The translations under genes and the position numbers were made by a program. 64,000 nucleotides of DNA from Oopsacas minuta (taxonomy: Eukaryota; Animalia; Porifera): positions 310,001 to 374,000 of the forward strand of contig JAKMXF010000302.1 of the NCBI GenBank assembly GCA_024704765.1, given 5' to 3'. Each line of letters starts with the position of its first letter. Positions within the stretch are counted from its first letter, which is position 1. Below are positions 52,701-64,000 of this stretch, piece after piece. The notes under the pieces were generated by a model. That model was not told the DNA's origin. It searched no databases and worked only from the letters and a program-made list of their open reading frames with translations.

Positions 52701-55348
52701 CCCTTATACGACGGGTGTACTTAACTCTAGTGCTGAGCTGTATGGACAATCTGGTAGCAATTGTACAGAGAGAGATGAATGGAAAGGATATGGGAAATTA
52801 GCAAAACTGCCCCTAGGTATTTCTATTAAACATTTTCAATGACATTCACTGTATAACTTTTCTCACGTATTAGATGCTGAGAAGATAAGAGCTACTCTGA
52901 CGTCATCTAGATTGGATCCAAATGATCCTCGAAACATTCCACTCTTACAACTGCTACGCTCTCTCCCTACAGAAGATAGCAGTAATACATTCAGACTGAC
53001 TAGGATGGATTTAGTACGTCCTTTTATCTCACAACGAGAATTCCTTTCTAACCCTAATTTTAATACAATAAAAGAAAAGCATCAGTAAGTACTACGTATA
53101 TTAAAAGATAGTTTATTTGTTCAGGTTTCATAAATACATGTCTTCAAAGGTTTGAGTTGAGTTCAGCTAGACCAGTTCAATATGATGATGAGCTAACAAT
53201 GCTAGCAGACAGTCCTGTAAGGACACAGCCTAGTTTAGAGGATATACAACCTATGTCTGATCAAGATTTCACTCCTTGGCATCCTGGTACCGAGAAATTC
53301 TACCAAATGGTAAAACATGATATATCTAAACAGGCAGAGATTAAAACCCCCGATTACACATTGGAAGAAGTTGTGATAGAAGATCCAGTACCCAACACCG
53401 GTATTCTTACGAAATATATACATCAGCTGTTCTCTCCCAAGAGACCTCTCCAACCCAAAAGGGTACCACGCAGGACTCTACCTTCTAAGCACACTAACAT
53501 ACGGGAACTTAATCTAGTCCTACGAGTACTACAGGGGTACAACTTTCCTACTCGTGTGATAGAACCTGACAAGCCTGGCCCTAGGCTTGGTCGTACACTA
53601 GCTGGTCAGTGGAGAGAGAGTAGTAGTGCTCATGTCAGTACTATGATGAGTGAAATACAGGAGGATATCAGTGAAGATGATACTCCTAACGAGACTAATC
53701 CTTTCATTGAGATTAGATTCCAAGGAACAACTTATAGGTATGTAGAATATTAATATTCTAATCCAATTTACAATATGAATATTCCTTTAGAACAAAACAA
53801 TCACTAGGGGTGAATCCCTGTTGGAATGAAGAACTTATAATCAAATTCCACACACCTGTGCCTACTAGCACATTCTCAGCTGATTCTCTCTTATCCAGCA
53901 CAGATATATTATACTTCAATGCTTTTGATCTAGTACGTGTAGATGCATTAGAAGATGAGAGACTACGAGCTAACACTATAAAGGAACGGTTACAATATAG
54001 ATGGCTAGGATCATTCCAAATACCTTTCCATACAATTCTAGTTAACTCTAGAGTTGATGGAACTTTCAAGATGCAAGCCCCTAAGATGCTGTTTGGCTAT
54101 GAGAGGGCTGATAGACTAGATGATACTGATATGCAACTGAGTATGTTCATTACGCTAGACCCTCTCATAAAGCCTCATAGATCTATATATGCTACACAAC
54201 TTGATAAAGATGATAAGAAACAAATTGAAAAATTTAAACACGAGACTGATTCACTTGGAAACAATTTTCCAGATAGAGAATATACCGTTAGTGTATGTGA
54301 TATTGATGGGAGACAAGTTATAGTGAACAGGTGAATCACACACTACAATATTTCCCTGTGATTATTTAATTTATAATTCATATATGTTAGGTATATAAGC
54401 CCATTGAATCCACCAGAAAGTCTATTATCACAAGAAGATCCCTGTAATTTGAAGAGTTTACAGAGAATATCTAGGTTTGTATCTCTAATCCCGTTTCTAC
54501 CAGATAGTCAGTGTCTAGAGGGTCTGTCTGATGTCTGGGTACCAGCTGAAGAATTCCTTAAACTTAGATGTGGAGATGAAGAAGAACATGCTACTCTCCT
54601 CCTTAACTATTTCCTATTTCTAGACATAGAGGCATGGCTAGTGTTAGGTTTTGGAATACCAGAAGGTTCTACCTCCTATGTATTGAGTAGAGACAAAAGA
54701 TCTCGTAGCTTCTGTCTATGGAATCCATCTAATGGAGAGAGATTTGCTCCTTCAGACGTTAACTGTCCTCTATTACATATTTATACTGTATTATCTGCTA
54801 AGAAGATACACTTTAACATTCAATCATCTACCAAACCATCTGATATTATCTTCGATTTCAGTAACAGTCGTAAATGGAAAACCTGTGTAGTTGCAGAGGG
54901 CATACCTCAGAATAGCTTACAGCCCTCTGAGCTAGTATACACTCCCCCAGACCTTGCTAAGGCCTCACAACTCCAGGACACAATACAACACAGATTACAG
55001 CATCGTATTGAAAAATGGCGCAGTAGAATGCCTACTCACTGGAATAGATATGCAAGCGATATGCTCAATGAACAGCTGATTAAATGTGAAGAATCCTATC
55101 CTCACATACCTGAGTTTGAATTAAAACAAGCATTCGAGGCTTTATTCACTACTTTCCAAATAGTAGGTTTCCCTATTCATCTAACCCCTACCTCCCTCAA
55201 GGGCATTGAAGAACAAGTATATACTACAGGTATACACACGTGTCAAGAACCAGGAGTTGAATACGTTTTAGCTTGCTACGTACATCCTTATCCTAGCGAT
55301 GTACACTCTATATGGATATATCTTGCTACCATGGTACCTAGAGAGTGA
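49795..55348 (+). CDS. CC2D2A: Coiled-coil and C2 domain-containing protein 2A (MKS6, ciliary transition zone), multi-exon
   Basis: EEGLYV, MEHRIVRE..WFGEDG, C2 domains (VLQGYNFP, NPCWNEEL, WLGSFQIPFHTI) and C-terminal GDEEEHATLLLNYF..EGSTSYVL..HPYPSDVHSIWIYLA. Not every exon boundary was traced. Confidence 0.92.
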
Positions 55349-55471
55349 AGTCCGAATATTTAATTTTCTATCAGTCACGTCACCTATTTAAAAGACATGC
55401 ACACACTGTAACATTAATTGGGGTATGTGTATTAATTAATTGGATTTTGTATATTGTTATTATCTCCTCTC

Positions 55472-55514
<43 letters not shown>

Positions 55515-55533
55515 GCTGTTGTTGTTGCTGTTG
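55472..55533. repeat. (TGT)n/(CAA)n microsatellite of about 20 units in the convergent gap between CC2D2A and the SEFIR gene
   Basis: Directly visible. It produces the spurious poly-Leu and poly-Cys ORFs. Confidence 0.95.
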
Positions 55534-55977
55534 GAGCATAGCGTATCTCTCAATCCTCATAATGACTGGCCTCGTGTCTATCCCTATTACTGCCCTCAGT
55601 CCTGATATTAGATCGCTGAATGTTACTGTAGGCTGTTTCCTACAATATAATTTTTTAAATATTTGTTAAGCTATTGTGTTAAAAATACTTACTTCCACCA
55701 TTGAAAGAGGAATTGATAGCATTTCTCATTTTCGCTTTCTTTATTGAACATTTCTTCTACTTTTTTCAAGTTGACATCTAATTCAAGAGCTAAACATTCC
55801 CAGAATGGTAGGACATAAGGCAATAGATCAGAAAAGAACTTTTCTGGACTGTTGTCTGTCAGAGGCCTATCTAAATCTGGAATTATTTCAAGCTGTGGAC
55901 ATTTCTCTAAGAGTTGTATTTCCTTGCATTTCTTAACACCAACACTTTCTAAAATGCAATGCTACTCATTATACACG

Positions 55978-56667
55978 TCATTTGAGAGAATTTATGATTA
56001 ACTTACTTCTCCACTCAAACATATTTATGCCAATCAGCTGACAAGCCAATTGAGTAAACTTATCTATTGCATAGTTAGCTAGGTCTAGGCAATACGGAGG
56101 TGTCCTCAATATGTAATTCTTTTTCAGTTTGAATGCTGATGGTATATAATCTATAAGATTTGGATATTCTTTAAGGAAGATTGGCATTACTTTACTACCA
56201 TTCTTATTGAATATTTCTGAGTATAATAGTTGTCCTTCATAAGCTATACTTTTAGATTCTCTATCATCTTTCCTACTCTTCTGTGTTATTAGTTTGTAGT
56301 ATTCTGGACTATTTATCATCAGTATCTTATCGCATAGCTCTATCTTATTCGCGATTCCGAAAGCTAAATTGCCCTCTGTGTGATCGAGGAAATCCACGCT
56401 CACTTCAATCCCCAAAGCAAGTAGACAATACACGAATTGGTAAACTGTATTAATCCATTTAGGATCAGTCGAATCGTCCTTGCAGTAAGATACAAATACT
56501 TTCCTATAAACAGGAGAGAATGCTTGGTTAATTCTTTTAATTTCTTCTATGACCTCTTTCTCTAAATTGCAAACAAAATTTAAACTGATAAAAGGTATCA
56601 AAAGTCTAGTTTCTTTACCTTCTCTCGGTAGCAGATCAAATTCATTTTCATTGTTATAATTAGCCAT
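55978..56667 (-). CDS. Stand-alone SEFIR/TIR-superfamily domain protein (Act1/TRAF3IP2-like), intronless
   Basis: RKVFVSY (box 1), LGIEVSVDF, ILMINSPEYY, YEGQLL and KVMPIFL..YIPS follow the SEFIR pattern. First ATG is at 56667. Confidence 0.75.
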   Translation of the reverse strand: MANYNNENEFDLLPREGKETRLLIPFISLNFVCNLEKEVIEEIKRINQAFSPVYRKVFVSYCKDDSTDPKWINTVYQFVYCLLALGIEVSVDFLDHTEGNLAFGIANKIELCDKILMINSPEYYKLITQKSRKDDRESKSIAYEGQLLYSEIFNKNGSKVMPIFLKEYPNLIDYIPSAFKLKKNYILRTPPYCLDLANYAIDKFTQLACQLIGINMFEWRSKLIINSLK

Positions 56668-56823
56668 AATCTGTAAAGTTGGTTGCATACCCTACTTTAT
56701 ATTGTTATACTGCATACCTAGCTATTGCTAAAGATATCATATTCAATGACTATTAAGTATACCTAACTATTTTCATATATTATATTAGCAAGTTGATATT
56801 AATTATACGCGAATTATTGCACA

Positions 56824-58880
56824 ATGTCTACTTCTGTAAAACTATCAGTTGGAGGAGAGCGCAGAACAGGCGAGGATGTCCGTACTCAGAATGTGATGGC
56901 AGCTGTATCTATTGCGAATATTGTCAAAACCTCCCTTGGCCCTGTAGGTCTAGACAAGATGTTAGTAGATGATATTGGAGATGTTACAATTACTAATGAC
57001 GGTGCTACTATTCTAAAGCTACTAGAAGTAGAACATCCTGCTGCAAAGGTAGAGGAGAACTAGAATTATAAACATACCGATGATATTAATGTTTATAGGT
57101 GTTATGCGAGTTAGCAGACTTACAAGATCAAGAGATTGGAGATGGTACTACTTCAGTAGTTATCGTTGCAGCTGAGTTGTTGAAAAACGCGAATGAGCTG
57201 GTCAAGTATAAGATCCATCCTACTAGCATTATATCTGGGTATAAACTAGCTTGCAAAGAAGCTGTCAAATACATGCAAGACAATCTATCAATAAAGGTAA
57301 ATTCGTATAAACTTCAAATCATTATTGTTTTATTGTTCTTACCTCAAGGTTGATGAATTGGGTAGAGACTGTCTGATAAATGTAGCTAAGACATCAATGT
57401 CTTCAAAGATAATCGGCCCTGATTCAGATTTCTTCTCTAACATGGTAGTAGAAGCTTGTCTCTCAATCAAACGCACTACAACTAAAGGGGAAATAAAGTG
57501 TCCTATAAAAGCTATCAATGTATTGAAAGCTCATGGAAAGAGCAGTAGAGAATCTATGTTAGTGAATGGATACGCTTTGAATTGTACTGTAGCTTCTCAG
57601 CTGATGGTTAAGAGAATTACACAAGCTAAAATAGCTATGCTTGATTTCGGTCTTAATAAAGCTAGAATGAATTTGGGCGTTAGTGTGAGTAAATTCTTTC
57701 TAGTTAATTCTATAATCATTGAATTATCAGTTATACTATAACTCTAGGTGCTTGTAGAAAATCCTGACAATCTAGAAGCTATTCGTCAGAGAGAAACTGA
57801 TATAACAAAGGAGCGTATTCAGAAAATACTCTCTTCAGGTGCTAATGTTATTCTAACTACAGCTGGTATAGACGATCAGAGTATGAAGCCATTTATTGAT
57901 GCAGGTTAGAGTTCGCTTCATAATAGACCATACACATTTTCTCTTAGATTAATATTATGTAATAAATATAGGAGCAATGGCAGTACGCAGATGTAAGAGA
58001 GAGGACTTGAAGCGTATAGCACGTATGACAGGAGGACAGCTCTGCTCTACTCTTGCTAACATGGAGGGAGAAGAGAGCTTTGAAGCATCTATGCTAGGGC
58101 ATGCTGATGAGGTTGTGCAGGAGAGAATCTCTGATGATGAGTTGTTACTTATAAAAGGAACACAAGTGAGAATTTACCATACTATACCTGTAGCATATAT
58201 TGGTTACTATTTGCTATGATATAGGCAAAGATATCTGCTAGTATTATATTGAGAGGGGCAAATGACTTCATGATAGATGAGATGGAGAGATCAATTCATG
58301 ATGCTCTCTGTGTAGTACGTAGAGTAATGGAGTCTAACTATGTGTGTCCTGGCGGTGGAGCTTGTGAAGCAGCGCTATCCATTTATCTAGGTTAGTTATA
58401 CTGTGGTCTATCTATCTATTTGTATATTATTATTATTCATTGTTGATTCGTTTTAGAAAATTTCGCCACTACACTATCATCACGTGAACAGATTGCTATC
58501 GCGGAATTCGCTAAATCTCTTCTTGTTATACCAAAGACACTAGCAGTAAATGCAGCACTAGACTCTACAGATCTTGTTGCTAGAATACGTGCTTTTCACA
58601 ATATGTCTCAGTCAGATGCTACGAAAGAGAATCTCAAATGGTGTGGACTAGATTTATACAAAGGTTGTAGAATTCTATATTTATACAGAACAGATATTTC
58701 TGTATTTACCTTCCATTTATAGGTTCTGTGAGAGATAGCAAGCAGTCTGGAGTACTCGAGCCTCTAATTTCTAAAGTAAAATGTTTGAAGTTCGCAACAG
58801 AAGCTGCGATAACAATTCTTCGAATAGATGACATGATCAAGATAGCTCCTGAACCTAAGCAACCAGACAGACATCATTAG
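56824..58880 (+). CDS. TCP1: T-complex protein 1 subunit alpha (CCT1), multi-exon
   Basis: [54 protein letters not shown] and [14 protein letters not shown]. Stop at 58880 found manually. Confidence 0.98.
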
Positions 58881-59080
58881 TCAGCTGAAAGAAGAATAGG
58901 CTGCGAGTTCATTAGGATAAATAGAATATAGCAAATATTTTAGTCATGAACTTGCGTAGTTTACCACATTGTATGAGAATTGAGTTAATTTACGGAATAG
59001 AATAGCCCGAATTTAACTTAAGATTTTTCCCGATATTTAACAGAGCATTTTCCTTTTGAATTAGAGTTTATTTGGAAAAA

Positions 59081-59635
59081 ATGTCTTTCTTGACTGCTTC
59101 TCTTCGCTACGGTAGCAGACCATTCTTGCTTGCTAACCAACAATCGTTTCTATACAGAAACCCTATAAACCGAATACAAGCTAGAACTAGTATGGAGAGT
59201 CCTGAACCAGGTGATACTCCTATTTTATCAGAAGATTTTTTCAAGAAGCAGATGAGATTGAAACGACCTCTCTCTCCCTTCATTTCCATCTACAAACCGC
59301 AGATAACCTGGACCATGTCAATCGGATATAGAATTACAGAAGTATTTATACTGGGCTCTATATCTACATACGGTATTTATCTATTCGCAATGGACTACAC
59401 AAATTTTGGTTATCTCTTCACAGCACTCAGTGATTTACAGATACCTTCCTCTGTCCTTACAGCTGTTAAACTTATTGCGGGTATACCATTTGGTTATTTC
59501 GTGTGGGGTGGATTGAGACATATAGCTTGGGATAGAGGGATCGGTTTCTCACTACCCACATTGTATAAGTCTGCTTACCTAACAATAACATTGTCATTAC
59601 TGACTGGTTTAGCACTAGCTTTTTGCAAATTCTAA
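59081..59635 (+). CDS. SDHC: Succinate dehydrogenase cytochrome b560 subunit, intronless
   Basis: Mitochondrial presequence, KRPLSP..IY, heme-ligand GLRHIAWD.G.G and three TM segments. First ATG is at 59081. Confidence 0.9.
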   Translation: MSFLTASLRYGSRPFLLANQQSFLYRNPINRIQARTSMESPEPGDTPILSEDFFKKQMRLKRPLSPFISIYKPQITWTMSIGYRITEVFILGSISTYGIYLFAMDYTNFGYLFTALSDLQIPSSVLTAVKLIAGIPFGYFVWGGLRHIAWDRGIGFSLPTLYKSAYLTITLSLLTGLALAFCKF

Positions 59636-59755
59636 CAAGCTGTGTACTTAAAGCATTATTTGTCTGTTATTGATTATTATAATTACATCCATCATTTATA
59701 TTACTAAAATTAATCATTTCCAAGATGATTTAAATTGGTTCTAGATTGTGGCTAA

Positions 59756-60759
59756 ATGAAACAGATACCAAAAGTTACTAAAAGAGTCAAACCAGCTAAA
59801 CCTCTAAGTGTTTCTCAAGAAATTTCTAAAAGGAAATTGACAGCTGATTTAGCTAAGCCTGGTAGATATTAATAATCGCAGCCTTATGTTATTATATTAT
59901 GTATTTTCTATTATTTTAGAGTTAAAAGAAATCGCGGTTCAAGTGATTGAAGCAGAGTTCTTATCTGAACAAGAATCTAGTGATATATTCTCTCAACTCT
60001 CCAATAATCTCTCTAGGAAAATCAGTAAACTTGATAATGAGTGGAAGAGGATTGGAAGTAAAGAAGAAATGACCCTTAAGTTGGGAGATCCACGCAGTTT
60101 CTTTGAAAACTACACCTCAATGAAGAGTACAATAGAAGAACTAACTAGCATGGTAATGCACTACAGTGCTACCCACACTAAATGAAGTCCGACGCCAAAA
60201 AATGCTATCCCGTTTCCCGTTTGTGGCTGTGTTTGTGGAGGTTTCACTGTAATAATTAATTGTCTTAATCCAGTGAATTAGAATATTATTTTAGGTTAAA
60301 ATCTACTCTCTTCCTCTCAATGATCGTAAGATACTAATGGATGAATTAGAAGATAAAGTTAAAGAAAGACAAGCACTAGTTGATCAATCTCTACAACAAT
60401 TACAGAAAACAACTGGGGAATTACAACTAACACATAAACATCAAGTAATAGAAAATTGGGAGAAATTATTCTGCGCAACAGAAGCATACAATACACACGG
60501 TAGAAGATGGAAGTTCTTAATGCGACCATTAAAAAAGAGTATTAAAGATGGTTCGTTTAACTTCAATCCTGAAGTAGTGTTGGAGAAAGCAAGATCTGCT
60601 CAAGGAGAGGATATAGATGCTATCATGGAGAGAGTTTCCAAACAATCTAGACGTTCTCAGGTAAATACATACAAAATAAATACAATCAAAATGCATAGAG
60701 TCGTTCAGAGTCACATAGATAAATATTCCCTTGCAAACAATCGTATCCTATTCCTTTGA
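59756..60759 (+). CDS. Uncharacterised helical/coiled-coil protein, at least 3 exons; 3' end uncertain
   Basis: ATG 59756. Donor at 59862 and further GT-AG junctions join ORFs 59886-60185 and 60337-60759 in frame. A possible further donor CAG|GTAAAT lies at 60661. Confidence 0.6.
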
Positions 60760-61930
60760 ATTGATTGTTATTTGAATTTTTTGGTGAAGAAAGACCAAAA
60801 TTAACTTTTATTGAGTGTACTAATTCGCCTTTAGTTGAAAATATTTTGATTACCTGCTCAATCCCGTCAGTGACTATCAAATTTGCACGCTTATCCATGG
60901 TGATATACTTGCTCATAGCAACTTCCCCCTCTTTGATAGGACATCTTACTAGCCCACCTTTCTTATTGAAAATCTGCACTGAGAATATTGAATCTTTGAA
61001 AAGAACATAGAATTCTTTGTTGAAATAGCATAGATCGCGTATTTCAGTATCTCCACTAATAAATAAGTTATCTAACTTGATTTCTTCCTTCACGATTAAT
61101 TCTTTATCCCACACTACTATTGTATTTTCTTTCCACACACAGCCATACAAATTTTCGTCTTTATCTACAGCTAAGCCCGTTATAATCTGTGGATAATTAT
61201 TGTACTGCATTCTAATACCCTTCTTGTTATCCAGCTTCAATATAGTGCGATTGTCCCAGCAGCTTGTATAGAGAAACTTCTCGCTCACACAAATATATTG
61301 AGGAGACGACATTTTTAGATCTTTTATTTTTCTTCTCAACTCTCCATTTTTATTGAATACTTGTACGCATTTATTACCACTGTCAGCTACGTAGATTTCT
61401 CCACTGAAATCGCAAACAGCAATTCCTTGTAGAGAATTCAATTTCTTTTCGCGAGAACTTTCCCAAATTGGTTGCTTCTTGTATACGTATGGATTTGGAG
61501 CAACCTGTAGCTGTAAGTAGTTTTCTACGAAGAAATCTAACTCCAAAGATTCCTTGTTTAATGTAATGAAGGGTATGTCAACTTCGTTTTGGCCTGTCCC
61601 ACTTACTTCAACACTAGCTATGGAAGCTTGTAGATCTTCATTTTCTGAATTTTTTGCGATTTCAGATTCTGTATTTGTTGTATGCCTAGTTATATATGGC
61701 TGTTTATGTAATTCCCTCAGTTCTTCCTCTGTATTGATAAGGATACTGTCTAGAGATGTTAACAAATCTTTCTTTTTGTTCTCAAGTCTTTCAAAAACTA
61801 TCTTAAAAGACTCTTCAAGCTCGCATTTTCGATTCTCAATATGATTTCTCAGTTGAGTGATTAAGAACTCTGTTCCTTCTGTGTTATTCGGCTTCGATGA
61901 GAGTTCATTGTTTACGCATAGAGTTGCCAT
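60686..61930 (-). CDS. NHL-repeat beta-propeller protein with N-terminal coiled coil, intronless
   Basis: GIAVCDFSGEIYVADSGNKCVQVF, PQYICVS and IVTDGIEQVIKIFS. Same architecture as 29062-30399. Confidence 0.85.
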   Translation of the reverse strand: MATLCVNNELSSKPNNTEGTEFLITQLRNHIENRKCELEESFKIVFERLENKKKDLLTSLDSILINTEEELRELHKQPYITRHTTNTESEIAKNSENEDLQASIASVEVSGTGQNEVDIPFITLNKESLELDFFVENYLQLQVAPNPYVYKKQPIWESSREKKLNSLQGIAVCDFSGEIYVADSGNKCVQVFNKNGELRRKIKDLKMSSPQYICVSEKFLYTSCWDNRTILKLDNKKGIRMQYNNYPQIITGLAVDKDENLYGCVWKENTIVVWDKELIVKEEIKLDNLFISGDTEIRDLCYFNKEFYVLFKDSIFSVQIFNKKGGLVRCPIKEGEVAMSKYITMDKRANLIVTDGIEQVIKIFSTKGELVHSIKVNFGLSSPKNSNNNQFKGIGYDCLQGNIYLCDSERLYAF

Positions 61931-62587
61931 TAATATTATTAAATTGGTTAGAAGACGCCTATTAACTTTTCCACGATTTATTTATTTATACTAGATCGTA
62001 CATAAGAATTTATAAGATATGATATTACAAAATTCTAAATTTACTTACATTTGTCCTGTAGACTTTCACTGAATTTGCTAATAGTCAAATGATTGAGTAT
62101 TAATTATTATATGCAAAATAGCCTTTTTATTGCATAAATGTTATTGCATGGTTTGTAATCAAAATCAGTTTCAACTGAATACAAGAATACGAATATTGCT
62201 CAATTTGTGGTGGGACTTTACCAACTTGTGATTTCAAGTTTCTAAGCAGATAATTACTCTCGTATACAATTTACTGGGAGATAGCCCCTCTTAGCTGACT
62301 ATACAAGTAATTGAATTCATTTTTCTGTTGTTCTCTTTTCATGAGCTCCAGCCTCAAGTATTTTTTGTGTGGAAAAGAAATTCTTAATACCGAGCCAATT
62401 AAGACAACACTATTCCATTCATTTGCTGAAATATTCAATGAACTTTGACCTGCCAAGCAAGTTATCATATCATTCATCTCATTTGGTACAATTAAAATAG
62501 AACATTTTATTATTGTTATTATTTACTTACAAATTAATTACATGCATTCAAATCCATAAAAACATTTCAAATAATTAAATAATTATT

Positions 62588-64000
62588 TCAGTCAAATACA
62601 GAATTACGCATAAACTGCATAAACCTCGCTCTATAGAGATAAGGCTGTACTGACGAGATATTTTCTTCTTTAAGAAATCTGATCTTCGTTTTGATGAGAG
62701 TTTCTATTTTTTTCTCGATATTATATGGTTGTAGCATATCTATAATGCCAATGTAGAGGAAACAAGATTCTTTTTCGTGTGTCTCTACATTACTAGGTCT
62801 CCTGGTAAGAATCTTATCAGCTGGTACCTTGAAGTACCCCTTCCTGAACTGGCTAAACAGGCTCTGAGCTGGGTTTATGATAGGACTAGTAAAAGGTGTA
62901 ATACTCGAGGGTGCATGCTCCCTTCGAGCACCATTCCTATACCAATGTAGATTCTGTGGATTGTAATTTACCCATTGGAAACTTGAGTCCACATCTTCTG
63001 GTAAGCTTTGTTCAGATTCGTTAAATATATTATTTTGCATGCTTGTGCTGTATCCAGTATTCTCACCCTCGCTTGTTGCAGTAACTCCAACCAGCAAACT
63101 GTAGTCCATCGCTCCTAGAGACATGTATATATACTTAGATTAATATTTTTCCTATACAATTCATATTCGTGCACTTACCGTGAGTTTGGAGGAATTCTGT
63201 ATCGAGCTCCAACTGACTTAATAAACATTTTTTCGTAGAGATATCCTTAAATTTGAAATAACTATCCATATCCAAATCTTTCATAGTTTTATTCCTTGGT
63301 CTCCCCATACCTCGTTTTACGGTCTGTCTGTTTGTGACAGATCCTTTCAGATCATACCTTTCCTTCAGTATCAACCCTTCTTCGAGATAGAACACATTCT
63401 CCATTATCACTACCATAATGAACTCCTGTTCACTCATGAATCTCAACTTTACCAAGCCATAATATCTTGTCAGTAAAGAATTTGGGTTATCCTTCAGATA
63501 ACGATAATATGGATCTAGATTTCTAATCATGAAATTTAATTCTACGGTGTTGATGGTCTTTACGATGTATTTTTTGTCATATGAGAAGAAGAAGAAACTC
63601 CCACTCTTCCCTTCTGTAAACTTTTCCATCATTGCTGCAGTCTCATTGTCTTGCAGTGGAAAAGATTTCATGAATTCTCCTTCATCTATTCCTCTCAAAT
63701 CTCTCAGGTTTTTGAAGACAAGAGGTGAAAAGTTAATAAACTCAAACTTATGGTACATGAAGGGTGCTGGTATTTGTAGTGTCCTAATTTCGTGTCTCTT
63801 CATGCTCATTGATTTCTGTATGACCTGATCTATTGTTATCTAACATGCAAATTATAATAATAAAATCCGCTAAAGTTTTAAATAAATATATTGACTTACA
63901 TGATGTTGGAAAGTACCATGACTATCACCGGCTATTTGTGACTGTGCAGTTTTCGCAGAATCCAGAATAGAATAGTTTATACAAACAACTGTAAGTCTTC
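62588..64000 (-). CDS. Phosphatidylinositol-phosphate kinase (PIP5K family); 5' end lies beyond the window
   Basis: FSPLVFKNLR, GKSGSFFF..KYIVKT, YDLKGS, MDYSLLVG and GIIDMLQPY..KKIE..YRARF. Introns begin at 63899 and 63178, and the exon 64000-63900 is open. Confidence 0.9.

Noticed and set aside
55345-55669. ORFs with poly-Leu and poly-Cys runs
   Set aside because: They are translations of the (TGT)n microsatellite and show no other coding evidence.
62271-62477. 68-aa minus ORF between the PIP5K and NHL genes
   Set aside because: Short, no recognisable motif, and no supporting splice structure.

Overview
Eukaryotic, AT-rich, very gene-dense animal DNA with short (about 50-130 nt) GT-AG introns and many intronless genes. 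The gene set (LIN7, FEM1, LZTFL1, CC2D2A, WFS1, SEFIR protein, class F GPCR, NHL-repeat proteins) and the compactness suggest an early-branching metazoan, most plausibly a glass sponge such as Oopsacas (inference, not verified). About 28 protein-coding genes are present, most of them recognisable housekeeping or ciliary genes. All family assignments come from recalled motifs, not database searches. Main observations: (1) genes form two long same-strand arrays (14 genes on minus over 1-34091, 11 on plus over 34888-60759) diverging from one 0.8 kb switch region, often with gaps of only 60-250 bp, and many ATGs sit just behind an apparently unpaired YAG splice acceptor, suggesting operons resolved by spliced-leader trans-splicing; (2) SCLT1 is split by a 1.1 kb intron that holds an antisense intronless gene resembling the C-terminal domain of the plant At3g27390 family; (3) a secreted Dictyostelium conditioned-medium-factor-like lipase-fold protein lies head-to-head with an orphan secreted Asp/Tyr-rich, furin-site, repeat-containing protein; (4) a Smoothened/Frizzled-like receptor lacks both the CRD and the KTxxxW motif; (5) three small pogo/Tc1-like MITEs sit in introns. 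I found no tRNA, rRNA or CRISPR array.
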